From sequence record SRR22947727_1968: 64,000 bases of DNA; one strand, 5' to 3'. Each line of letters opens with the position of its first letter. Position 1 is the first letter of the stretch. Made by a program: the position numbers and the translations under genes. Under the pieces are notes generated by a model. It was given only the letters and a program-made list of their open reading frames with translations, was not told the DNA's origin and made no database searches. This document shows positions 29,460 to 39,213 of this stretch, one piece after another.

Positions 29460-29813
29460 ATGCTTCGAACTTTAGGATTGCTTCTTGGCTGTCAACTTGC
29501 GGGGGAATTTATCGCGCGCGGGTTGGGCCTGCCTATTCCCGGCCCTGTCTTGGGCTTGGTGATTTTGCTGGCGGCTCTTGCCCTCAGGCCGCCTTTGGCG
29601 AGCGCCCTGCGCCCGACGACACAAGTTATCCTGGCCCATTTGTCTTTGATGTTTGTCCCCGCCGGTGTCGGGGTTATTGGCAATTTAGACGTTCTGTCAT
29701 CAGATTGGGCCAGGTTGCTTGTGGTTCTCATCCTGTCGACAATTTTGTCAATGCTTGTGACCGTCGCCACATTTATTGCGATGAAACGGCTCATGTACAG
29801 GGTGCAAAAATGA
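29460..29813 (+). CDS. CidA/LrgA family protein
   Basis: PIPGPVLG and LMFVPAGVG motifs; RBS AAGGAG. Confidence 0.88.
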   Translation: MLRTLGLLLGCQLAGEFIARGLGLPIPGPVLGLVILLAALALRPPLASALRPTTQVILAHLSLMFVPAGVGVIGNLDVLSSDWARLLVVLILSTILSMLVTVATFIAMKRLMYRVQK

Positions 29814-30526
29814 ATGATTTTGTCAGCCTTTGGAGCTATTTATCCGCCACGCCCTTGCTCTGGCTTACAGCCACAATTGCCGCCTATCTGATCGCCGAAA
29901 GCCTGGCCGCACGATTGGGAAATCCTCCCTGGGCCAACCCGGTATTGATGTCGGTCCTGCTGCTCTCACCGGTGCTTGTTTTGACCAAGACCGATTACGG
30001 CACCTATTTCGAAGGCGCGCAATTTATACATTTTCTGTTAGGGCCCGCAACGGTCGCTTTGGCCCTGCCCCTTTGGGACAACCGCGCCACGATCCAAAAA
30101 TCCGTGATTCCCATCCTATGCGCCCTGGTCGTGGGCTCTACGGTGGCGGCAGGATCGGCCATTGTATTGGCGCAGTTTTTTGATCTGCCCCTAAGCGTCC
30201 TGCTGTCCCTCGCACCAAAATCCACCACGGCTCCCGTGGCGTTGGGCATTTCAGAAGCCGTGGGCGGCATTCCAACGCTCACAGCCGTTCTGGTTATTTT
30301 AACGGGGATCATTGGGGCAATCACCGTGACCCCGTTGATGAACATCCTGTCTATCACAGATTGGCAAGCACGGGGTTTTGCAGTGGGTGTCGCCGCCCAT
30401 GGCATTGGCACGGCGCGCGCCTTCAAGGTCAACCCAATTGCCGGCGCCTATGCAGGCATTGCCATGGCCCTCAATGCCTTGCTCACAAGTCTCATTGTGC
30501 CGATCCTGATAAGATGGTTGACCTAG
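29810..30526 (+). CDS. LrgB family protein
   Basis: LGPATVALA, PKSTTAPVA and HGIGTA motifs; ATGA overlap, true start MNDFVS. Confidence 0.9.
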   Translation: MNDFVSLWSYLSATPLLWLTATIAAYLIAESLAARLGNPPWANPVLMSVLLLSPVLVLTKTDYGTYFEGAQFIHFLLGPATVALALPLWDNRATIQKSVIPILCALVVGSTVAAGSAIVLAQFFDLPLSVLLSLAPKSTTAPVALGISEAVGGIPTLTAVLVILTGIIGAITVTPLMNILSITDWQARGFAVGVAAHGIGTARAFKVNPIAGAYAGIAMALNALLTSLIVPILIRWLT

Positions 30527-30636
30527 ACTAGCAGAAGATCCGCTTGCCCAGTCAAAGACCCCTGCGGCAATATCAAAGCGACCTTGGCACCCATGCCCCC
30601 CCCATCATCGCCGCTGGAAAGGGTCGGAAACCTGGC

Positions 30637-32082
30637 TCAGTCTTGCAATTTTATGGCAATATTTTTGGTCTGCACATAGTTCCAGAGGGCCTCGCGACCT
30701 TTCTCGCGGCCATAGCCGGATTTACCAAACCCACCGAAAGGTGTCTCGACGCCGCCGGCATACCATTCGTTGACGAACACCTGCCCAGCGCGCAATTGCC
30801 GCGCGGCGCTGGTTGCACGATCGAGGTCGCGCGTGAAGACGCCGCCAACGAGCCCAAAAGGGGTTCCATTGGCAATCTGAATGGCTTCACCATCCGTCGA
30901 GAATTTCAAAACCGAAACGACAGGCCCAAACACTTCCTCTTGAGCAATCGACATCTCAGGCAGAACGTCAGTCAGGACCGTGGGTTCCAGAAAAGCGCCT
31001 GGGATATTGGCCTTATGCCCGCCAGCCGCAATCCCTGCGCCTTCCTCTTGCGCGGCACAGATCATGCCAACGGCGCGATCACGTTGCGCCTCAGAGACCA
31101 TGGCCCCCATGGTTGGTCCAAATGCGGCTTGATCGATGCCCGGTTTAAGAGACAAAGAGTTCGCCACACCGACCATGCGGTCCACCAATTCGTCATGGAT
31201 GCTGTCATGTACGATCACCCGGCTCATGGCCGAACAGACTTGCCCAGCGTTGAAGAAAATACCCCAACGCAGGTCGTTTTCAAACGCCTCAAGATCGGCG
31301 TCATCGTGCACGATGGCGGCCGATTTGCCCCCAAGCTCCAGCACACAAGGCACCACATTTTGAGCCGCCGCAGTGGCAATTGAAACACCTGTCGCAACCG
31401 ATCCGGTAAAGACGATTTGGTTGACCTGCGGATGCGCGCAAAGGGCAGCACCGGCTTCATGACCCCAGCCGCACAGAATGTTCACGGCCCCCGCCGGCAA
31501 GCCGACCGCTTCGGCCGCCTGGGCGAACCAGGCATTTGTCAAAGGCGTCAACTCGGGTGATTTTATGACACAACTGTTGCCCGTTGCGAGCGCGGCAGAG
31601 AGCGAACGCGCCGTCATTTCAACGGGATAATTCCAAGGGATGATCTGCGCCGATACGCCGAACGGCTCATAGGTTGTGAAATCAAAATAGTTTTTTCCAA
31701 GGGGAATTGAGCGCCCCTCAACCGTTTCAGCTTGATTGCCGTAATATTCAAAGTAGCGCGCGGCCCCCTCAACCTCGATACGGGATTCCCAAAGAGGCTT
31801 GCCTTGTTCGAGCGTCAAGACCGGTGCAATGTCCTCAATGTGATCCAAAAGGTAGCGCCCCATCGCCTGAACCATGCGTCCGCGCTCAACCGGCCTGAGG
31901 TCACAAAGCGCGCCGGATAGGTGAACCCGCTGCGCCGCCATGACGGCGCGATCCACATCGCTTGCGTTGGCAAGTGCGTGTTCGGCAAGTTTTTCGCCGG
32001 TACCGGGATTTATGACATCGACACGCCCAGCGCCCCCGTCGACCCAAGATCCGTCAATGTAGTTTTTCCAATAGGTCTTCAT
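30637..32082 (-). CDS. Aldehyde dehydrogenase
   Basis: PWNYP, FTGS, LELGGKS, AGQVCS and EEVFGP motifs. Confidence 0.95.
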   Translation of the reverse strand: MKTYWKNYIDGSWVDGGAGRVDVINPGTGEKLAEHALANASDVDRAVMAAQRVHLSGALCDLRPVERGRMVQAMGRYLLDHIEDIAPVLTLEQGKPLWESRIEVEGAARYFEYYGNQAETVEGRSIPLGKNYFDFTTYEPFGVSAQIIPWNYPVEMTARSLSAALATGNSCVIKSPELTPLTNAWFAQAAEAVGLPAGAVNILCGWGHEAGAALCAHPQVNQIVFTGSVATGVSIATAAAQNVVPCVLELGGKSAAIVHDDADLEAFENDLRWGIFFNAGQVCSAMSRVIVHDSIHDELVDRMVGVANSLSLKPGIDQAAFGPTMGAMVSEAQRDRAVGMICAAQEEGAGIAAGGHKANIPGAFLEPTVLTDVLPEMSIAQEEVFGPVVSVLKFSTDGEAIQIANGTPFGLVGGVFTRDLDRATSAARQLRAGQVFVNEWYAGGVETPFGGFGKSGYGREKGREALWNYVQTKNIAIKLQD

Positions 32083-32822
32083 GCTGGTTTGATCCGATGC
32101 TGATAAAGATGATCATAATGGGGTTTCATTCGCCTATATACGCGGCGCACACGTTCGGGGGAGTCTTTCACTTCAACATAGCGGCGCGGCTGGGGCGTCA
32201 ATCCCGTGGATTGCGCAAGATTGGCGTGAAACGATCCACCATCCCACCAGCTATGCGCAGAAGGATCGCCGCCTGGCTCCCATGTCATCGCCTCAGGCAG
32301 GAAAGGAATCCCAACCGCTTGGCAAAAGGCCGCAACCATCGCCGTCGGGTCCTCAAGGAGATCGTCGCTGTCAATCACCGGCGGCGGCGCCCCATTTAAG
32401 GCCGTGAGCAAGTCAAATAAGGCGCGTTGTTCGGGAAATCCAACCTCAAGCTCGTCGAATTCCGGCCATTTATTGAACAGGCTGGGAATCGTTTTGGCCG
32501 GGTCGCGGATTAGGAAGGCATGGGTGAAGTGGCCAAGGAAGTCAGCTGTCCACATATGATTGATGTAATGTGGGAAATCCTTTAGAAAAACCGGCCCCTT
32601 TTCTGCTCGGGTCAGAATATCACGCCACACGCTTTCAATCGTTAAACCCTCTGTGGTTTTCTCGCCCTCTTTGTACCGCGGCCAAAGAGGATCCTCGCCT
32701 TGATACCAAGCCTCGCCAAAAGGTTCATGGAGGCAATCGAGATCGCCGCGTTGGCGCATCATCCATTCAAAGGCCGTCGAGGTGGAACGGGGAACGGCCC
32801 AAAGTGCTATGATTTTATGCAT
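32079..32822 (-). CDS. Sulfotransferase-fold P-loop protein
   Basis: WAVPRSTSTAF, HEPF and FLIRDP motifs. Confidence 0.75.
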   Translation of the reverse strand: MHKIIALWAVPRSTSTAFEWMMRQRGDLDCLHEPFGEAWYQGEDPLWPRYKEGEKTTEGLTIESVWRDILTRAEKGPVFLKDFPHYINHMWTADFLGHFTHAFLIRDPAKTIPSLFNKWPEFDELEVGFPEQRALFDLLTALNGAPPPVIDSDDLLEDPTAMVAAFCQAVGIPFLPEAMTWEPGGDPSAHSWWDGGSFHANLAQSTGLTPQPRRYVEVKDSPERVRRVYRRMKPHYDHLYQHRIKPA

Positions 32823-33636
32823 GAAGGCTCTCCAAAAGGGCGCTTTGCGGAGTGGTTGGGGCAATCTCTAGGTCTTTCATGATCCGCCAATAGAGCGCTG
32901 TGTCATGACCGATCACGGGTTTGCCCAACTTGGCCTCCATATCCCGCGCCAGATGAAGAGGGCGTTGCGGCAATCCTCCGCGGCCGCTGCGGAAATTGCA
33001 CATTCCGTTAATCAAATAGGCATCAGCGCTGGGGGCTTGTTCGGCCACATAGGTGAAACTTTTGTCGAACAAATCGCCGTCAAAAATCCAACGCTTTTCA
33101 TTGACGGCCTGCTGGGTGGGAAACCAGCCCTGATCGACAAAGTTGCCAGCCCATTGCACATCAAACCCCGCCTCGCGCAGAAAACCGGCGGTGCCTTGCC
33201 ACCAATCGGGCCAATGATAGGCGCCGTTGAGAGCGACTTTCTCCACATTCATCGCCCGCAGCGCTTCAACCATCGCATAGCCGGCCATGTGGAAACGAGT
33301 TTCAAATTTGTCTGACACATCAGCGCAATACTGGCGAATACCCTCAACGCCCAATCCGCTTGCATGCACCCAATTGGACCCCACTTGCCCGCAAACATCA
33401 ACGCCATTGCGCGCCATGCAATGCACAAAATCATCCATCATGCCGAAATTCTTTTTGCGTTGATCCAGCCCATGGGCGTAGTCGGGCACATGCAGCATCC
33501 AGCCATGCACCCCAACCGTCTCGGGCGCCATGCGCAAAAAATCGGACGGCGCGGCATCATAGTCAAACGGGGGACAGGTGAACCCGACCTGATGGGGAAA
33601 CAGTTTTTGCTCTGGGGTCCATTGCGTTGGCATCAT
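32815..33636 (-). CDS. Asp/Glu racemase superfamily protein (maleate isomerase/arylmalonate decarboxylase-like)
   Basis: ALRAMNVEKVAL, FLREAGFDV and MEAKLGKPVIG...ALYW motifs. Confidence 0.7.
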   Translation of the reverse strand: MMPTQWTPEQKLFPHQVGFTCPPFDYDAAPSDFLRMAPETVGVHGWMLHVPDYAHGLDQRKKNFGMMDDFVHCMARNGVDVCGQVGSNWVHASGLGVEGIRQYCADVSDKFETRFHMAGYAMVEALRAMNVEKVALNGAYHWPDWWQGTAGFLREAGFDVQWAGNFVDQGWFPTQQAVNEKRWIFDGDLFDKSFTYVAEQAPSADAYLINGMCNFRSGRGGLPQRPLHLARDMEAKLGKPVIGHDTALYWRIMKDLEIAPTTPQSALLESLHA

Positions 33637-33666
33637 GGCAAGTTCAGCCTTTCTGTCTGTCCCAAA

Positions 33667-34746
33667 TCAGCCATCAATGGCCTCTTTCATCCAGCGTTGC
33701 AGGTGCATGATCGGGTGTTCCGAATTGACACCCCCTTTTGGATCAACAACCAAAGGTCCAGGCACATAGCCGCGCGAGCCCAAACCGCGCTGCACGCTTT
33801 CCACAAGGTGAATATCTTCCTCAACGGTCGTTTCACGATCCTGCTTTGCAAGACGCCTGACCTTTTCGTCCTCCGCGCCATCAACCGAATACCAACCACG
33901 CCAGACCACAACATGGTCGGCATCAATTGCCTGCCAATGGTAGGTGTTCAAAACATTGCCCGGATAGACCTGAAAGCTGAACATCGGCCATAGGAACCAG
34001 CTGGAATATTCATCGAAGTGCTCAAAGCCGGAATTGATGTCATAGGTCATCTGATCCAGCGCCTGACACTGCGTTGTATGGCGCAGGCATTTGCCCTGAG
34101 GTTGGATATCATAGGTTTCCGGCTTCACAACACCGCGTGCAAAGGTGGGGTGGTTGAGGGAGCAGTGATAGCATTCAGAATAGTTTTCAACCGAGACTTT
34201 CCAATTGCAGCGCTCGGGAATCTCCACCCATTCTAACGGCTTGAGATCAGCCCAATTCGGCACCCATTCCTCGAGCTCAGCGCGGACATTGGGGAACCAC
34301 AACTCTATAGGCGCGGCATCCTTGTCTAAGTTCACAAAGACAAAGCCAAGAAGCTCCTCCGCGCGCACTTCTGACAGGCAAATGCTAGATTTTTCGAACC
34401 CCTGAACAGCGTTGATATTTGGGCCTGCTCGCAGCTCACCGGTCAGCTCATAGGTCCAAGCGTGATAGGGGCAAACAACAACGCGGGTTGTCCCCTTGCC
34501 GCTAAGCAATTGATGCGCCCGATGTTGGCACACATTATAGAACACACGAATTTGACCGTCCCGTCCACGAATGGCAAACAGGCTTTCTCCGGCAATCTCA
34601 AAGGTTGCGTAATCACCTGTCTGCGCCAGTTCAGACGCATGACAGCCAAATTGCCATGTGCGCGCCAAAAGCCCGCCTGTCTCCAACTTAAAAACATGCG
34701 GGTCGGTGTAATAGCGCGCCGCGAGGGATCGGATCGACTGGGTCAT
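33667..34746 (-). CDS. Rieske non-heme iron oxygenase alpha subunit (choline/stachydrine oxygenase-like)
   Basis: CQH...CPYH, NWK..ENYSECYHC..NH and EED motifs. Confidence 0.9.
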   Translation of the reverse strand: MTQSIRSLAARYYTDPHVFKLETGGLLARTWQFGCHASELAQTGDYATFEIAGESLFAIRGRDGQIRVFYNVCQHRAHQLLSGKGTTRVVVCPYHAWTYELTGELRAGPNINAVQGFEKSSICLSEVRAEELLGFVFVNLDKDAAPIELWFPNVRAELEEWVPNWADLKPLEWVEIPERCNWKVSVENYSECYHCSLNHPTFARGVVKPETYDIQPQGKCLRHTTQCQALDQMTYDINSGFEHFDEYSSWFLWPMFSFQVYPGNVLNTYHWQAIDADHVVVWRGWYSVDGAEDEKVRRLAKQDRETTVEEDIHLVESVQRGLGSRGYVPGPLVVDPKGGVNSEHPIMHLQRWMKEAIDG

Positions 34747-35630
34747 TTACCCTCCGGATGGTAGAGACCGAGATCATGTCGCCGTTTGTGAAACGAGGCG
34801 ACCCGTTCTGGAATTTCATCGCTCGCAACCGCAATTACGAAGGAAAGCAGCGTTTCAAGCAAGGCGACAGTGCTGACTGAGGATGGAAAAAATTGCGGCG
34901 TGTCGCAGGAAATTACAAACCCATGGGTGGCGCGCTGAATGATTGGACTGGCCGGGCTATCGGAAATGGACACGATTTTCATCCCCTGCGCTTGCGCGGT
35001 CTTCACCGCCTCCACAACCTCTGCGCGATAGGGTTTGCAAGTGATGGCAATAAGCACGTCAGATTTGCCGGCCCAGGCAAGGTCATCGATTGGATTGGAA
35101 CCGGCCCTGGGAATTGCGTGAAAGCGCTTCATGCCGGTTGAGGCAAGATAGGTGAAGTTGCGAGCGCTGGAATTATTCACGCCGACACCCAAAGTATAGA
35201 CGCTGTCTGAGGTCCAAATGTCCTCAGCCGCCGCTTTCAAATCGTCCGCAGAAACATTTCCAAATGTGTCTTCAATATTGCGCAGGGCCCCCTGCACCAT
35301 ATCCGCATAAAGCCCCCCCAAATCACCCGTCTTGCGGATATCTTGCAGCCAGCGCGCGCGATCAGGGAAATCCGCAGCCCCCTGGCGTATTGCGTCGCGG
35401 AAGGGGGCGCGAAAGTCCTCATAGCCGTCAAAACCAACCTGCCGCGCCATTCGCACGACCGTATTGGGTTTTACCTTCGCAGCCTGTGCGATTTCACGCA
35501 CAGTTGAAACGCCAACATCGCGCGGATTCTCCAACACATATGTTGCAGCCTTGCGCGCTTCAGGCGTGAGATCTGTCAATTCGCCGGCCAGGCGCTCCAG
35601 AATCGTATTTGATACATCTATCCCATTCAT
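34743..35630 (-). CDS. MurR/RpiR-family regulator
   Basis: N-terminal HTH (TVVRMARQVGFDGY) plus SIS domain (ISDSPASP). Confidence 0.9.
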   Translation of the reverse strand: MNGIDVSNTILERLAGELTDLTPEARKAATYVLENPRDVGVSTVREIAQAAKVKPNTVVRMARQVGFDGYEDFRAPFRDAIRQGAADFPDRARWLQDIRKTGDLGGLYADMVQGALRNIEDTFGNVSADDLKAAAEDIWTSDSVYTLGVGVNNSSARNFTYLASTGMKRFHAIPRAGSNPIDDLAWAGKSDVLIAITCKPYRAEVVEAVKTAQAQGMKIVSISDSPASPIIQRATHGFVISCDTPQFFPSSVSTVALLETLLSFVIAVASDEIPERVASFHKRRHDLGLYHPEGK

Positions 35631-35667
35631 GGTTGACCATGGTACTTATGTCCTATTAGCCTGTCTA
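35611..35667. promoter_or_regulatory. Overlapping divergent promoters with two candidate operators
   Basis: Minus strand TAGACA-N17-TACCAT-N8-ATG; plus strand TTGACC-N18-TAGCCT; similar 13-mers GATACATCTATCC (35611) and GGTACTTATGTCC (35641). Confidence 0.5.
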
Positions 35668-35698
35668 GAAAAAAACGACTCAAAGATGGGATTTCACA

Positions 35699-38134
35699 TT
35701 GGATCAGAACTTTCCAACGCAGGCGCGTGTTGTCATAGTGGGCGGTGGCGTCATGGGTGTCGGACTTGCCTACCATCTTGGTCATGAGGGTTGGGGCGCT
35801 GACACTGTATTGCTTGAGAAGGCCGAGCTGACATCGGGCAGCACATGGCATGCAGCGGGCCAAATTACGCATTCGACATCCAGCTTTGGATTGGGAAAAT
35901 GCGTCGATTACAATATTGGCCTCTATTCCGGTGGGCTTGAGGCTGAAACAGGTCAAGCCGTGACATGGCATGGCTGCGGGTCATTTCGACTGGCCTATAC
36001 GGCAGATGAAATGGATTGGCTGCGCCACACCCTGTCTGTCGGGCGGGCGCTGGGGTTCAACATCGACCTGGTTGGCCCAGAAAAAGTTGCGCAGCTTCAC
36101 CCTTTTTACAATCTCGACGGGGTTCTGGGCGCGCTGCATACGCCAGATGACGGCCATGTTGACCCAACCAATGTGACGATGGCCATGGCCACAGGGGCGC
36201 GGCAAAAGGGCGTAAAAATCATCAGAAACTGCCGCGCCACAAACATTACGCAACAGCCATCGGGTGACTGGGAAGTCGAGACAGAAAAAGGCACGATCAT
36301 CTGCGAACATGTGGTGAATGCAGGCGGCACATATGCCCGTCAGATGGGCGAATGGTCCGGGCTGCAATTGCCCATGACCTCTATGACCCATCATTATTTC
36401 GTGACCGAACCTGTACCTGAATTTGAGGGCTTGGACACCGAGCTGCCGGTTATTCGCGACGACAAAAAAGTGTCCGGCTATATCCGAATGGAGCAGAAAC
36501 GCGGGTTGATCGGGATTTACGAAAAGGAAAATCCAAATTCCGTCTGGCATGATCACTGCCCTTGGGATTATGAAAACTGGCTATTTGATGCCGATTACGA
36601 CCGTGTCATGCCCTATCTCGAAGAAAGCATGAACCGAATGCCAATCTTTGCAAACTTGGGGATCCAGCGCGAAGTTCACGGCGCCATTAGCCACCCGCCG
36701 GACGGCAACCCTTTGATTGGGCCCGCGCCCGGCGTGCGCAACTATTGGTGCTGCTGCGGCACACAAATTGGTATCGGCTGGGGCCCGGGTCTGACACGCG
36801 AATTGGCGCGCTGGATGGTGCATGGGGCTGCAAATATTTCCATGCGCGACTATGATCCGCGCCGGTTTGGCAGCTATGCAACCAAAGAGTGGCAGGTCGT
36901 GAAGGCCGAAGAAGACTATTGCCTGCGCCATGAAATCCCTTTCCCGCACCTCAATCGCTTGGCCGGGCGCCCGATTAAACCCTCTGCGTTATATGGGCTT
37001 TTGAAATCCAAAGGCGCCGTGCATGAAGAAGTCTACGGCTTTGAACGTCCGCGCTTTTTTGCAAAGGGCATCGCACAGGAGGATCATTATTCATTTAACC
37101 GAAGCCCTGTCGATGCCATGGTTGCAGCCGAGGTGAAGGCAGTGCGCGAAGGCGTTGGAATTATGGATGTCACCGCCTTTACCAAAGTACTGATAGAGGG
37201 GCCAGATGCCTATGCGCTGCTGGACCGCCTCACCGCAAATCGAATGCCGCAACAGGTAGGGTCGATCACATTAAGCCATATGCTGAACCGCGCCGGTCGC
37301 ATTGAACTTGAGACAACGATCCTGCGCATGGGGGAAGATCAATTTTATCTTGTTTGCGCCGCCTTCTTTGAGCAACGCTTGCTGGATCATCTGGCCCATC
37401 ACCGCGGCAATGAGACTGCAAAGATCACAGCCCTGTCCAATGATTGGAGCGCCCTGTCGCTGAACGGGCCACAGTCGAGAAACCTATTGGCCTCTTGCAC
37501 AGATGCAGACCTGTCGAACGCAGGTTTTCGTTGGTTATCTGCGCAACAGATCACCGTTGCAGGGCATGAAATTTGGGCCCTGCGCATGTCATATGCCGGA
37601 GAATTAGGCTGGGAATTCCACATGCCTGCCACGGCCTGCCTCGATGTTTATAACGCGCTTTGGGCGGCCGGCGAGGCCTATGGTATTGCCGACTACGGCT
37701 CTTTCGCGATGAACGCGATGCGGATGGAAAAGGCCTTCAAAGGCGCTGGAGAATTGACCAATGAGGTCACCCTGGCCGAAGCCAATGTGCTGCGGTTTGC
37801 ACGCATGGATAAGGCCTATCTCGGGCGCGATAAAACCTTGAACACCGATCTGCCCTGGGTCTGCGCCTATCTTGAAATTGAACCTGACGGTCATGCGGAT
37901 GGTCACGGCGGCGAGGCGGTGTTGCACAATGGGCGGGTTGTTGGATCGACCGCTTCGGTTGCCTATGGCCCAACGGTCGGGAAAATCCTTGCTTTCGCCT
38001 ATGTCAAACCGGAAGCTGCAGAGCCGGGCACTGCGCTTGAAGTCATTATTCATGGAAGCCCACGCGCCGCCCGCGTGCTTGCCGAACCCGCCTATGACCC
38101 CAACAGCCTAAAACCAAGAGAGGATGCGCCATGA
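35699..38134 (+). CDS. FAD/GcvT-domain N-demethylating dehydrogenase (dimethylglycine/sarcosine dehydrogenase family)
   Basis: GGGVMG, LTSGSTWHAAG, RMSYAGELGWE and MRMEK motifs; TTG start. Confidence 0.9.
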   Translation: MDQNFPTQARVVIVGGGVMGVGLAYHLGHEGWGADTVLLEKAELTSGSTWHAAGQITHSTSSFGLGKCVDYNIGLYSGGLEAETGQAVTWHGCGSFRLAYTADEMDWLRHTLSVGRALGFNIDLVGPEKVAQLHPFYNLDGVLGALHTPDDGHVDPTNVTMAMATGARQKGVKIIRNCRATNITQQPSGDWEVETEKGTIICEHVVNAGGTYARQMGEWSGLQLPMTSMTHHYFVTEPVPEFEGLDTELPVIRDDKKVSGYIRMEQKRGLIGIYEKENPNSVWHDHCPWDYENWLFDADYDRVMPYLEESMNRMPIFANLGIQREVHGAISHPPDGNPLIGPAPGVRNYWCCCGTQIGIGWGPGLTRELARWMVHGAANISMRDYDPRRFGSYATKEWQVVKAEEDYCLRHEIPFPHLNRLAGRPIKPSALYGLLKSKGAVHEEVYGFERPRFFAKGIAQEDHYSFNRSPVDAMVAAEVKAVREGVGIMDVTAFTKVLIEGPDAYALLDRLTANRMPQQVGSITLSHMLNRAGRIELETTILRMGEDQFYLVCAAFFEQRLLDHLAHHRGNETAKITALSNDWSALSLNGPQSRNLLASCTDADLSNAGFRWLSAQQITVAGHEIWALRMSYAGELGWEFHMPATACLDVYNALWAAGEAYGIADYGSFAMNAMRMEKAFKGAGELTNEVTLAEANVLRFARMDKAYLGRDKTLNTDLPWVCAYLEIEPDGHADGHGGEAVLHNGRVVGSTASVAYGPTVGKILAFAYVKPEAAEPGTALEVIIHGSPRAARVLAEPAYDPNSLKPREDAP

Positions 38135-39213
38135 CCCTACCGAAAACTATGACTGCGATGGTCACAATGGGCCATGGCGACATAGATCAAATGGTTTTGC
38201 ACCGAGATTGGCCCCGCCCAGAGCCCGCCGCCGATGAGGTGCTGATCCGAGTCGGAGCCTGCGGGCTCAACAATACGGATGTGAACACGCGCTCGGGCTG
38301 GTACTCCAAAACTGTGACGGATGCGACCACGGGCGGCGGATTTGACGTGGTTGGCGATGACGACCCCTCTTGGGGCGGCGCTCCCATCACCTTCCCACGC
38401 ATTCAAGGGGCAGATGTCTGTGGAGAGATTGTCGCCGTTGGCGCACATGTTAACGCCGGGCGTATTGGCGAACGGGTCATCACCGACGGGTGGTTGCGGG
38501 ACCCAGATGCGCCAAATGATATGAGCAAAGCGGGATACTTTGGATCCGAACGCGATGGCGGTTTTGCTCAATACACGGCGACGCCCGCGCGCAATGCGCT
38601 GGCCGTTCAGTCTGATCTTACGGATGCAGAATTGGCGACCTTCTCCTGCTCCTATTCCACCGCCGAAGGAATGCTAACCCGCGCCCATGTCACCGCCTCC
38701 GATACCCTGCTGGTGCCGGGTGCATCCGGGGGGGTTGGCGGCGCGCTGGTGCAATTGGCAAAACGGCGCGGCGCGCGCGTGATCGCGATGGCCGCGGAGG
38801 CCAAACACGCCGATGTGGCGGCGCTCGGGGCGGACCGCGTTCTGCCGCGCGCGCCTGAAAACCTACGCGCCGCATTGGGCGCCGATAAAATCACCGTCGT
38901 GGCCGATATTGTTGGCGGCCCTGATTGGCCCAAGTTGATCGACATCCTTGAACGCGGCGGGCGCTACACCTGCTCGGGTGCCATCGCAGGGCCCATGGTC
39001 ACTTTGGACCTGCGCACTTTATATCTTCGGGATCTCACCTTCACGGGGTCCACCGTCATTACGCCTGAAATCATGCCAAATCTGATCGGTTATATTGAAC
39101 GCGGTGAAATCAAACCCATATTGGCCGCCACCTATCGTCTCGAGGAGTTGCGAGACGCCCAGAGGGCCTTCATCGCAAAACAGCATACGGGCAACATTGT
39201 GGTAACGCCATGA
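38131..39213 (+). CDS. MDR-family alcohol dehydrogenase/quinone reductase
   Basis: ACGLNNTD, PRIQGAD and GASGGVG motifs. Confidence 0.85.
   Translation: MTLPKTMTAMVTMGHGDIDQMVLHRDWPRPEPAADEVLIRVGACGLNNTDVNTRSGWYSKTVTDATTGGGFDVVGDDDPSWGGAPITFPRIQGADVCGEIVAVGAHVNAGRIGERVITDGWLRDPDAPNDMSKAGYFGSERDGGFAQYTATPARNALAVQSDLTDAELATFSCSYSTAEGMLTRAHVTASDTLLVPGASGGVGGALVQLAKRRGARVIAMAAEAKHADVAALGADRVLPRAPENLRAALGADKITVVADIVGGPDWPKLIDILERGGRYTCSGAIAGPMVTLDLRTLYLRDLTFTGSTVITPEIMPNLIGYIERGEIKPILAATYRLEELRDAQRAFIAKQHTGNIVVTP

Noticed and set aside
29387-29809. N-terminal extension of LrgB (379-aa ORF)
   Set aside because: It overlaps the real LrgA gene in another frame; the true start is the ATGA-coupled ATG at 29810.
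29460-30526. CidA/LrgB as a phage lysis module
   Set aside because: No phage genes nearby; this is a common chromosomal transporter pair.
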